The notes under the pieces: generated by a model
The model's database searches: none
Told to the model about the DNA's origin: nothing
Seen by the model: the letters and a program-made list of their open reading frames with translations, nothing else
Translations under genes and position numbers: made by a program
In this document: positions 52,701 to 64,000 of the stretch, piece by piece
Position numbering within the stretch: the first letter of the stretch is position 1
Layout of the letters: each line of letters begins with the position of its first letter
Assembly: GCA_964276515.1 (NCBI GenBank)
Contig: OZ193909.1
Span: 1,488,001 to 1,552,000, forward strand
DNA from: Gordius albopunctatus
Taxonomy: Eukaryota
Direction of reading: 5' to 3'
Length of the DNA: 64,000 nt

Positions 52701-53614
52701 CCAACGTATTTGACGCAATATTTCGGGTTCGAATTCTTGTATCCAATCGATCCCGCATATCGGCGGCCCTGCTACGTCTGCTAGCAATAATGACAGCTGT
52801 TTCCTCGTGTTCCCCAATCGGACATCGGCTTTTACCTTGGCTACGATCTTTATTTCCCCGTGGCCGTATGTGTACACCGTCGGGACGGCCTCTTTGTTGC
52901 GTGAGATCTCCTTCGCCCATCTTCGCGCCGGTAATATTGAAACCGTAGCGCCGGTATCGAAGATAAATTGGAACAATTCGTTATTAAACTGTTGACACAT
53001 CTAAAGCATGGTTTAACCTGGGAATCCGGACCGGCACAGGCCACGCTTCTCGTCTCCCCGTCCTGCAAGGTGCTTAGCCCCCCATTTATCGTCTCGGCCG
53101 TTAATGCCAGCTCTCGTAGGCGGTCCCATTTGATGTCATTTTCTGCCAAGCTTCTATCGCGCAATCCTATAATGAATTGGTCGACGATTCTGCTCTGCAC
53201 TTCTTCATTTCCGAAGTTGCAGCTATTAGCCCCAGCTTTGAGTCTATTAGCGTACGCGTCTATCGTCTCTCCCTGGCCTTGTCGGACCTTTGAGAATTCC
53301 TACCTCTTTGCCCTCGTACATGAATTTCTCTGGAATAATTTCCTTAACCGATTTTTCGCTTCTTCGTATGTAATTCCTGTCAACTCTTGCGGTCTATAAT
53401 CCTCTAGTATTAATTGGAATGCATCCCCCTCGAGGCTGGTTAATAATAGCGCGGCTTTTTGTTCATCTCTCTCCGTCTTATTGTTCCTAAGGAATAACTC
53501 AAATTGAGTTAAGAAAGCGTCGATGTTAGCCGTTGTTTGATATTTCTGCATCTCCGTGTAGGTTTCGCCACGATGCCACTGTTAGGGGCTAATATTTATT
53601 CACATAAACTATTA
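49736..53614 (-). mobile_element. Ty3/Gypsy (Mag-like) LTR retrotransposon, gag-pro-RT-RNaseH-IN, multiply frameshifted
   Basis: Gag QKAALLL..YEEAKNRL; protease FDTGAT; RT WASPVV, MPFG, YIDD; RNaseH AYASR..EREALA; integrase H..H..CRNC, VHID, DNG, APYHPASNGLAER. 3' LTR 49736-49920 with an adjacent purine tract; PBS TGGCATCGTGG near 53568-53578; 5' LTR remnant 53580-53614; TSD caatg. Confidence 0.95.
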
Positions 53615-53646
53615 CAATGGTTCCTCACAAACATATAAAAAATAAC

Positions 53647-54800
53647 ATGTTTTACATAGAAATAATTGTCGCACAGGGTGAATGGAGTTACCTTAATTTA
53701 GGCTTGACCTGACTTCGTATGAGATGGGTAGGAATTAGTCTAATCATTAATATATTTGCCTTGGTCGTTATCAAGGGCTGCAAAAATCGAGGGCCCCCAA
53801 AAGCATATTACTTTTTAAAAGTTCTGTGCGTGGAAAATATAACTTTTCTCTTAATATCCACTATTATACCCTTGTGTTGGAAATATGTTAACTTGGGTTA
53901 TGTGTGTGACATCAATGCGGTCTTGATAAAAATCTACGTCGTTTTGATGCCTTCTCTAATGTTTTTAAGGAACACAACTATAATTTTCATCGCATGGGAC
54001 AGATATATCTGTCTCTGATACCCCACTCGGATCATTCCGATCAGAAATCATCTGATGTATTCAATTACTACGTATTTATGCGCCATCTTGTTTGTGCTAA
54101 ACAGTGTACCAAATCAGTCTGTATTCGATCAACGATTCATGCCGTTAATGACTCTGAAGATGGTGCTGCATAAAAACGAAACTCGCTTTATATGCCGCAC
54201 TGAGATTTTTTACCACAATGATAGACTTAGAATTTATTTTTTATGCCGAGACATATTAACCTACACTTGTTCGATTATTCTAATCATCACGTTGCTATTT
54301 TGCACTTTAGTTCACGACAAAAAACTACGACGTATTCATTATGTAAATGAGGATCAAAAAAATTATCAAATTCAACCACTGAATACAAACCCTTTTCAAT
54401 CATGCAATGTTTCATATTGGATTGGAAAGCCTGACGTGGGCAATGATATTATGAGTCATTATTTAGCCTTACTCCAATTAAATTAATTTTTAGACAAATT
54501 AATATATGTCCACAGCCTCGAGGGACATGGATGACTTTAACACATCATTAAAAATGGTCACGCATACTGAGAAACATTTTAAAGCTTTTCTTTGTAATTA
54601 TTTGTAACATCATAGTTGTGTCGATCACAATGATTTACAACATGATATTTGGATAAACTGGAAGTTGTTATCAAATAAAGTGGAATATATCACTCCATTA
54701 GAAAGATCGATAGCATACTTCAAATATTGGATCAGAGTTTAATACTTTTTTATATCCTTATTGACGAAAACCTATTAAAAGTTATAGAGATCTGAAGAAA
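53647..54800 (+). pseudogene. Rhodopsin-like (class A) GPCR pseudogene
   Basis: TM1 GISLIINIFALVVI, TM2 FLKVLCVENITFLL, TM3 ending IAWDRYICL*YP, hydrophobic TM4 and TM5, TM6-like LFFVIICNIIVV, TM7-like FNTFLY. In-frame stops at 53710, 54016 and 54484, with more downstream. Confidence 0.75.
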
Positions 54801-54963
54801 AGTTTATATCAATTTACTTTTAAATTAAAGAAGCATCTATGTGAAGCATATAATCGATAGTGTTAATAAACAAATTTGAAAGCAGAATCAGCGGATATTA
54901 TATTTTTTGCTTGAATCTAAACAAATGTCGATATAACTTAAAGCGTTTAATTTTTTATGAATT

Positions 54964-57671
54964 AACATATAAAATTTGCGTTTCTGTTCAAAAATTAAGC
55001 TCTTCAAAAAAAAAGTTGATCAGAAAAAAGCCAATAAACCAATAGGAACATTTGGCAATTTCGACGTATAGTGCATACAATCTAATGTAAATTTAGGAAT
55101 ATTTAGTTTCCAGACTAGACAATAAAACTAATATTCAAAATTTAAATATTTAATTAAAACAAAAAGCTAGTTTAAAAAAATATTAATAATTTAACGCATA
55201 AAATGAATAAGCTATTATTTTATAAACAATTGCATATAATATAGCGTGTCTACATTTGATATTCGTCTAATGTTAATATATATTTAAATATTTACAAGTA
55301 TTTTTTAAGTTGCTAATGATTATAAATACACTAAAACATTGTCAAAGTAGGTGATTCTATATACAGTTACATGTCTACATATAATATTAGCTTAATTTTA
55401 ATTAATGATATGGATAGAAAATTTAAATATTTACAAGTATGTTTTAAGTTGCTAATGATTATAAATACACTAAAACTTCATAACTGTTAAGGGCCATATT
55501 AGGATTTATTTTGAATTTCAAAATGCTGGCTACAATATTCTCTTAATAACAAATTTCCCAATAAGGGACTTTAGAGAGTTGTGATAACCCCCTATTGTCT
55601 CCCAGCATGCTAAAATGCGGGCGTTTTTTGATTATATTTTGACCACATGGATAAGTCCCTCGGCTATATTTCCCTATTCCATGTGGTAAAGATGTGAGGT
55701 TATTGGTCCTGGGACCAATAACCATCTTTTTGTATTATAATTATTTAGATGTCATAACCTCAAAATTTATAGACTCTTAAATAAGCATATAAGGATTTTT
55801 GGCTGTGCACATATGCTTCTTTAAAAGACTTCTATTTTGCTTTCGCAAATATAGTAGCTTATGACCGCTCCTTTTACGTTAAAGAAATCCACTTTAATTC
55901 TCAATTTAAAGTTGTAAGATTTGGAAGGATGACTATTGGCTTTTCCAAGATCATCCCCTCCGTTTGCTTTCCCCTCGCCATAAATAATATTCTTGATTAG
56001 TTTAGAATTTGATATAAGGCAATGAATGATAAAGCAGGTAATAATAAAGAATGAGTGAAAGAAAACCTATGCCTAAAAATAAGTATTAAATGCAAAATAA
56101 TAACTTAGTTTTTTTGCATTAAAATACATAAAAAGCTAAATTTTTGTAAATAGTTTTGAAAAAAAAACAATTATAAACGAGTATTATCTGACTGCATGCT
56201 ACATTGCCCCCCCCCATAGGCATTCTTTCCCCTTCTTACCTATTTCGCCTATAAATTACATAGCTATGTGCTACGTTTATATGGAGTATAGATGAATTTT
56301 ATAAGAACAATACCCCATGATAGGCGAATGTACCAAAAACAAAAAACAAACGCCCCTGGATATTAATTGCTATACAATTTATGGCCTCGCTTTTGGTTGT
56401 CTTGTAGTGTCTGTTCTGAATGTTATGTCGTGTCTTTTTGTGTCTCACTTGTTTGCATAATTGCCGTGGACATTTAAAAAATAAATTTATGAAATACTCA
56501 ATTGATTTGTAAGTTAATAAAAAAACTTTGCATTTTTCAACGCCATCCCCAACAAATACTGGGCGCGGCTTTTAAATATTTGGGACCTGACTCAACAAGC
56601 AGAACCTGAGTTTACACACTATCGTTTGTGTTATAGATATTGTAGGATATGGATTAAATATTTAAATAGCTAATTTATTGGTAAATATGGAATTTCCTTA
56701 ACCGAACATAATCTACATACAATATCCTAACAGATTTGCAAGAAGTTATATATGACACTAGAGACATCAGGTTAACCGTCCCTAAACTGCTAAATTTAGT
56801 ATTAAGAGAAGATTGTAGCCAGCATTTTGAAATTCAAAGTAAATCCTAATATGTCCCTTAACAGTTATGAATTTTTAGTGTATTTATAATCATTAGCAAC
56901 TTAAAGTGTTAAGCTGTTATATGTAGACATGGTGAATCATATGCAACTGTATATAGAATAACCTTTTTTGACAGTGCTTTAGTCTTTTATATTCATTAAC
57001 AATTTAAAGTGTATTGGTGATTATTTATTGCTATCCATATCATTAATTAAAATTAAGCAAGACATGTAACTGTATATAGAATCACCTACTTTGACAATAT
57101 TTTAGTGTATTTATAATCATTAGCAACTTAAAACATACTTGTAAATATTTAAATTTGCTATCCATTTTATTAATTGAAATTAAGCTATTAATATATCTAG
57201 ACATGCAACTGTATATAGAATAACCTAATATGCCAGGTGCTTTAGTGTATTTATAAACATTAACAATTTAAAGTGTACTGTAATGGTGAATATTTAAATT
57301 TGCTATCCATATCATTAATTAAAATTAAGCTATTATTATATGTAGACATGTAACTGTATATAGAATCACCTACTTTGACAATGTTTTAGTGTATTTATAA
57401 TCATTAGCAACTTAAAAAATACTTGTAAATATTTAAATATATATTAACATTAGACGAATATCAAATGTAGACACGCTATATTATATGCAATTGTTTATAA
57501 AATAATAGCTTATTCATTTTATGCGTTTAATTATTAATATTTTTCATACTAGCTTTTTGTATTAATTAAATATTTAAAACTTGAATATTAATTTTATTGT
57601 CTAGTCTGGAAACTGGATTTTTTTTTGAACAGCTTAATTTTTGAATAAGAATCATAATTTGTGTATATGTT
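54964..57671. mobile_element. Foldback-type element: long modular inverted arms around a MULE-like transposase remnant
   Basis: About 55105-55547 is the reverse complement of parts of 56800-57614, and the outer segments 54964-55015 and 57618-57671 also match. The arms contain a roughly 105-145 bp subrepeat. The inner + frame reads AFFDYILTTWISPSAIFPYSMW*..GPGTNNHL. Confidence 0.75.
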
Positions 57672-58633
57672 TGTCTCTCCCTGCTTTATTAACTTAATCA
57701 TCTAAGTTAATTGAGACGCCATTTAGCCATTATCATAAGTGTCGATGTACACCACATTTACTCTATGTTAAACAAATTTTTGCTGAATAGAGAGGTAGCG
57801 CAACTAGATTATGCCTAGATAATAGATTAAAATTAGCTATTATATAAATTAATAAACTGCTATTAGTTTTATACTTTTATAATATAGTACAGCTGTACAT
57901 AGTTATGTAAATGAGATATTTTACAGCTATTACGTGCTTAATAATTAATTTTTTTAGTAGGGCATTTTAGGAAGATGCCGATAAATTTGAATAAATGACG
58001 ATTAAATATTAATCCTCACTATGTATCTTGATGTTTGCTTCCTACAAGAATAGTCTTAACCTACTCATCGCTGACTTTTATTTTTTGTGATGCGTTGTTA
58101 ATTAGAACAAGCACGGATCATTTTAATGTTATAGCCAAAATCATAAAACCTACTTTCGAAATTAAATAAAAAAAACACTTGGTTATTACAGGTCCCTGTC
58201 AAAAATATCTGAATTTATAAACTTATGAACACTATATAGGTTCAACTCGGCTGAATAAAATCTAATTTTGCTCAAACTTAGATAACTAACTACATACAAA
58301 ATTCTAGTTTTATTAAATTTGTTAAATCTCACACATAATATAATATGTTAACTTATTGAATTTATTTGACATTGTAAGTGTAAAATAAAAGCAAGCTTAT
58401 CATAATTTAATTCATTTACATTTAGCGATAACCGATTAATATAAATTTACAAGACTAATTTAATATATTATTAAGTTTAATATCTTCTCTTAAGAATAAT
58501 AAAACTAATATCTAACAAATTTACTATTTAATTTAGGAAAATGGAACAAAACTATAACTATTAGGTTGAACCTTTATTGCTAATTGAGGAGATATCATAT
58601 AGGAAATATATTGAATGTTACGGGTTGCATAAG

Positions 58634-59121
58634 ATGCTAAAACCTAAAGCTTTAGCCGAAGTTTTAAAACAAGCCAACTCTGGTGGCGTGCATAGCACAT
58701 TGTAGGAGTATTTTGTAATAAATTTAAGTATATATTATATTTTAGACTGCTTAATAATGAAGGTGCTTTATTGGCTCATTCAGGTTTAGCTGATAAAAAT
58801 TCTTATATAATATCAGCTTTGTCAAGTAATATTTGGACTATGTATGAGAAAGCTGGATATAATATAAACGATCGCTTAGAAATAATATATATAGAATGCA
58901 TGGTAACAAAAAATATTGATTTCATATACCTAAATAGGGTGGGTATGTTGTCATTAAAAAAGTTGAAACACTATTACTATGTATGTATTCAAAAGATCAT
59001 ACAAGCTGTCACCTTGGAATGCTAAAACTGAAGGTAAACAAAAAAGTTAGTATTCCTATTTTTTTAGTTGCAGGCTCTTTCAGACTATCTTCTTCCATAT
59101 CTTCAAAAATTGATTGTTTAA
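58634..59121 (+). CDS. LAMTOR2: Ragulator complex subunit LAMTOR2 (p14), 124 aa; exons 58634-58701, 58746-58902, 58938-59033, 59068-59121
   Basis: The spliced product [36 protein letters not shown]...SNIW..Y...ECM...LLLCMYSK...GMLKLKLQALSDYL closely follows the known LAMTOR2 sequence. Confidence 0.96.
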
Positions 59122-59140
59122 TTTATTTTGCTATCATAAT

Positions 59141-60786
59141 TTATTTATAATAATATATAATACAAGTTGGAAGAAACATGATATTTAATAAAAATATCAC
59201 CCATAAAGTTATAAAAATATTGTATTTTGCTTTGGGGATACAAATATTCTTTCTTGCCACCGTTTTATATGTGATTTCTTAATTGTAAATATATTATATG
59301 TAAATACTACTATAAGTTTTGAGGTAATTAATTCAATTATAACTTGTCAAGGCACTTCATATAAAATTTTATATAATCTTTATATTCCAAATATTTATAA
59401 CCTGCAATTGGATCTTGAGTTAGATGTCTCTTGACATTGACTTTTTGAGAGTTTATTAGAAAACCATGTTTTTGCTTGTGGCATGTTGTCTAAATTAGTA
59501 TTTATTATGTTTGAAAATATGAGAAAATTTAAACATTTGAAATAATTTCATATAAATATATTAACTTGTATGCATCCTCCCACACAAGCTTTAACAGTGC
59601 ATTGAAATGATATCTCCATAAAATCAGGAAATTTAAAGGCCATAAAGGATGATAGAAGGGAGCTATTGGTCACATCTTGTTTGAAACCACTAAATAAGCT
59701 AGGATCCAAAGGGCACCTTAAATATATAAATTATATTTAAACAATATTTAAAAAAAATTGAATTTTTTACCCTTGGTCATTTATAAGCTGCTCTTTCAAT
59801 CCATTCATGTGATTATTTCCTATGGTAACAAAACAATTTCGAGCAAATAGCCCATATCCTGGCTCTGAAAATAAGATTGTTTTTTAAAAAAAAATAAAAC
59901 CTCGTTTAATACACTAAGATACCTGAGGCAGAAATTTTCAAAGTTATTTCTTTTTCATAATCCACTGCTTTTATGATATTCCCAGTGGAGGAATCGATAA
60001 TTTCCATATTAAACGAGATGGATGATGCTTTTTTCTTTATATATTCTAATCTGAATAATTTGAAAATTTTTGTTATTGTACAAATAATTTTATAAAAAGT
60101 GCGAGCATGGACATAGTCAAGGTGGGGGGGGGGAGGGAGGGCTTGTTGCCCCCCTCGAAATTCAAACATTTGTTGAATTATGGCTAAAATATCAAAAATG
60201 ATCATTTTGCCCCTCCCTAAATCATTAATGCCCCCCTCACCCTTTAATTCCAATGCTTGCTACACTATGAGCACGAGTGTTAATGAAATGTCCTATCTGT
60301 TGTTTTTGCTAAAAGACCCATCCTAACTTTATATATTAAATTTTTTATCTGAAAAAGTTTTTTTTACATACTAGCTCTAAAGATAAAATCCTCATATTTT
60401 AAAGATTGAATATAATTTAAATAATAAATTTAGATGCCAAAAAACATTTTCCATTAAGTTGTCTATCAATTTAATATTACAAATTAGGCATTTTTACTTT
60501 TGACATTTAGCACCTTCATCTAACTTTAAGCATACACTGCCCTCTTCACATTGGTCTTTGGGTTTTGAAGAACAGGTAGCCAAAGTAGAGTTATCTAAAA
60601 ATCAGTTATTTATTTTAGAAACTAATTTAAATTCAATAATTATTATTTGTGTAATTCAATTTATTTACTCCCTATTTCTTGACTGTTCATATAGTTGGCT
60701 CGCACATTGACTATTCCCGTGTTGTTTAGCTTTACTTGACAATTGATGTTAGATATTAGGCATATTATCCAACCCACTACTATCAT
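59141..60786 (-). CDS. Cuticlin-like ZP-family membrane protein, about 270 aa: signal peptide, Cys-rich module, ZP-C, TM; exons 60786-60669, 60594-60498, 60050-59923, 59864-59771, 59716-59566, 59489-59402, 59277-59141
   Basis: Phase-compatible GT..AG junctions. ZP-C motifs YGLFARNCFV, LINDQGCPLDPSLF, AFKFPD, FQCTVKACVGGC; C-terminal NICIPK and TM IFITLWVIFLLNIMFLPTCII. An acceptor at 60802 suggests a further upstream exon. Confidence 0.85.
60106..60269. mobile_element. GGGCGTAGCC-family MITE in the ZP gene intron (another copy at about 60990-61144)
   Basis: Degenerate TIRs catggacatag / ctacactatg; flanks agtgcgag / agcacgag; the body matches 42351. Confidence 0.7.
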
Positions 60787-63262
60787 GGCACCACGATCAA
60801 TCTAATAAAATTAATTCCATTTATTAATTTAAATTTTCAATAAAATTATCTTGAAAATTAGAGAAAATAATAATTGTTTTTTTTAAGATTATATTTTGTT
60901 ATTTGTAAATAGGGAGAGCCATAGGTATTAAAGTCTAAGCAATATTAAATCAAAATTTACCACAATAGAAAGTTTGAAGATAAAACCCGCATGGCCTTAG
61001 CCAAGGGGGGTGGAGACAGGAAGGGGCTGCTGCCGCCCTATAAATCAAATTTTTTTTTAATTAAGCCTAAAATTTTAAAAAATTATCTTTTTGCCCCTCC
61101 TCAAATCATTATTTCCCCCCTCTAATATGCTAGCTACGACCATTCCCCTTTGCTGAAAAATTTCATTTTAAATTAAAAAAATTTTACAGCGTATCGATTT
61201 CACTAAGATTTATCTAAATTGTGATAATTTCATAGTTTAGTTTTATATTATAAATCTGTTAAGCACCGACATTATTTTTTTAATGTTTAACATATATTAT
61301 TCAATAAATTCATGGTATTTAAACGTTTTCAAAAAAAAATATTTTTGAACTTAATATGATATGAGATATAATTGAAAAATTAGCTAAAAAATTGTGAAAT
61401 AGTTTTTGGCACTAGACTACACCTGAAATGAATGATAAAACTTACGTTTTACGAATTGAAATGTACGGTATAGAAATTGTTTTGTGGTTTCTTAGTTTCC
61501 TTATTTTTTTGCACTACTTTACAATCATAACAACTATGAGCAGGGTTGATTGAAAACACAATTCCTGGATACGGCCCCGATTTAATGGAAAAATTGCATT
61601 TTTAATGAATTATTAATAAATTATTGCCTAACAAAAACGTAATTTAGCATGTTTTTTAACACGGGAACCTATGGAACTTTATGACAAACAGGTGATAATG
61701 AAGTAAAGCAAGTGTCCCCAATCTAAGGGAGGACAATGGCAGTGGGTTCTCGTTAACATGGAAATCATGCAATTTCTACTCTTTGCGCCTTTCTTTGTTC
61801 TCTATTTCTAAATTTCTTAAACAAACAAATACATACATATTACATTAGATGTGAATAAGTTCATTATAACCTTTAATATATCAGTGGTGTGAAATATATA
61901 CTCTACGACCTTAAATTACTTTTAATTCTTTTCTTAAAATTCTTTGTTATATTAATTTCGATTTTATCCCTTTATAATATTATGACTCTCAAGGTGATGT
62001 GTTAATCAAAACATAAGTGCTATGCTATGGGGACAATGTCATTTTTTCTAATAGAATCTTCTATGAGAGGATATATTGTGTTTTTCAAGAGCGGAAGTGG
62101 TTTTTTCATCGTAGGAAGTTGTTGGTTGTCTCGATTGTTTAAAGTTTTTGGTTTAATTATTTAGAATATGCTTAAACATAAAAAATTAAAATACCATTAA
62201 ACAAATGGCCGAGCCGAGTTGCCAGTTGAGTCCGATTTTATATTGCAATACACATCTTAAATTAATAGAGTCAAAGTCAAACATTACAAAAATACACAAG
62301 GGGCTCCAATGATTATAGTACCAAGCAAATGAACTTATTTTTTTGCAAAATTTAGGCATTGCCTAAATGTTTTTAAATATATAAATATTTACAAAAAAAA
62401 CTTTAGTTATAATGTTTTTTGGTCATTATTCGTATAATTTAAAGTAATTGTTAATTTTTACTATATTTGTAGATTTTGAATTATTTCTTGCGAAAAATAT
62501 AAAATCTCTAAAAAAAATTAGTCATTTCTCATCACTTGAAATCTGAGATTTCAACGTTTTGTATATTTGACATGTAATTTTTTCACTTTTATGTAGTGCT
62601 GTAAACATTTGTAAAAAAATCGAACGCGTTCACGTTCGTCTAAAAAGAAAAGGAAGCGTTCACGTTCGTTCAAAATTTTATGATAAATTTTTTTAAAGTT
62701 TAATTTAATATAAATAAATGTCTTATATTTTTTAGTACAATAAATAGCCATGATAAAAAATAATAGTTTTATTTCGACAATATAATTATAAATCAATATA
62801 ATCTATTTTCTTATTGATTTTTAATAATAATTGTTTTTCAAAATTGTCTTCTGATTTTGAAAAAATATAGGACCTTTTATTCTTATTTATTGATAATTCT
62901 ATATTTAATTATCACGTTAAAATATAAATTTGCTATATTTTTCATCTATAAGTTTTGATCTTCAACTATAAGTAAATAAATTTTTTAGCTAGATTTTCAA
63001 ATATGCTTTTATGTTTTGACTTCCTAAACAGATATTTACAGTTTACGATTTATTTGAATAGTAATTGAGCGATATGGTCAAGGAACGTATCTGGTTCTTT
63101 TACCTATAAAGAAGAAGTAAAAATGAAAACACTCTAAAACTAATATAAATATAAGTCCTAGCCTTATATAGACTTTATACAATGCCAGTGATCATCTTCC
63201 AAGCTTTTAGAATTTGTCAAACATATTTGTTAAAAAGGCAAAATTTAGCATAGTATATATAT

Positions 63263-63675
63263 CAGAGGTCAGATTTGTTAGAATTTTTCTGCCCGAACCT
63301 GGCCCGATTTTATAATTAATCTGCCCGCCCGAACCCTTCTATGTATCCGCCCGGCAATGCCCGAATTATCCCAGCTGCCCGGCCCGAAATGGTGTGTTTT
63401 AAAATTTTTAGCACTAATATCGTTATATTTTTTAAAAATTTTTTCTTAATTTTTGATTTTTTTTTAATGAGAACTGGATTAACAAACATTATGAAATCAA
63501 TTCAAAAAGTGGCAAAATATACACAAAAACAATATAATACATTATTTTAAAAACAAAATTGCCCGAATCTTGTTATGGTGCCCGCCTGGGCCCACCCGAA
63601 AGTTAAAAGTTACGGCAGTTGCCCGGACTGTGGGCCGGGCGGGCAGCGGGCCTGGTCGGGCAAATCTGGTCTCTG
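63263..63675. mobile_element. hAT-type MITE with GCCCG subterminal repeats
   Basis: TIR CAGAGGTCAGATTTG / CAAATCTGGTCTCTG; flanks atatatat / atagatat (7 of 8). Confidence 0.82.
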
Positions 63676-64000
63676 ATAGATATGGCGACCTTATATTTCC
63701 AAAAAATATAATTTATTGATTATAAAATATTAAACATCTCGCTATCTCCCTATTAAATACCCACTGTGCTTGAAACTTCTAAGCAACCAAGAAGAAAGCG
63801 GAAAAGGTTTTTGATTGCCCTTATTAATTGCTAGGCAATTACGGGCCCCTATTTGGTTGTCCGCACGTCCGTCCTGTCCAATTTGGCTTTTTGATTGTTG
63901 TGGAAACTTATGTGGGTTTGCTGCAATTTATGCTTCTGTAAAATAATATTTATTTTGTTTTCGCATAAAAGCTAGACCTCTGGTTGGCTTTAATCTTTTA

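Noticed and set aside
53710..54018. Two in-frame TGA codons in the GPCR as selenocysteine or a variant genetic code
   Set aside because: TAA/TAG stops and frameshifts also occur downstream, and TGA is a normal stop in the bHLH and semaphorin genes.
56870..57420. Repeat array as a CRISPR-like locus
   Set aside because: Units are over 100 bp with homologous rather than unique intervening sequence, the context is eukaryotic, and there are no cas genes.

Overview
AT-rich animal (invertebrate) nuclear DNA with spliceosomal GT-AG introns, some only 34-60 nt; the organism cannot be named from this window. I reconstructed six intact host genes by hand, checking splice phase at every junction: a GT92/GALT-1-like galactosyltransferase (+, 1858-3499); a divergent HES/HEY/HELT-type bHLH-Orange gene that is absent from the ORF track (-, 8681-9562); a 9-exon semaphorin-1-like gene (-, 12437-21655); a GT10 alpha-1,3-fucosyltransferase (+, 43291-45366); LAMTOR2 (+, 58634-59121); and, tail-to-tail with it, a membrane protein that seems to carry a standalone ZP-C domain without ZP-N (-, 59141-60786). 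There is also a class A GPCR pseudogene. The rest is a dense transposon landscape: RTE and CRE non-LTR fragments (one RTE has a tRNA-like head and a double-hairpin 5' UTR), two Ty3/Gypsy elements, a Hermes-like hAT with several MITE families, a decayed Helitron and its non-autonomous partner carrying a (CATA)n array, a foldback-type element with a MULE-like remnant, and a degenerate minimal hammerhead-like motif. No CRISPR or prokaryotic system is present. All family calls come from motif recognition by eye; no database search was run.
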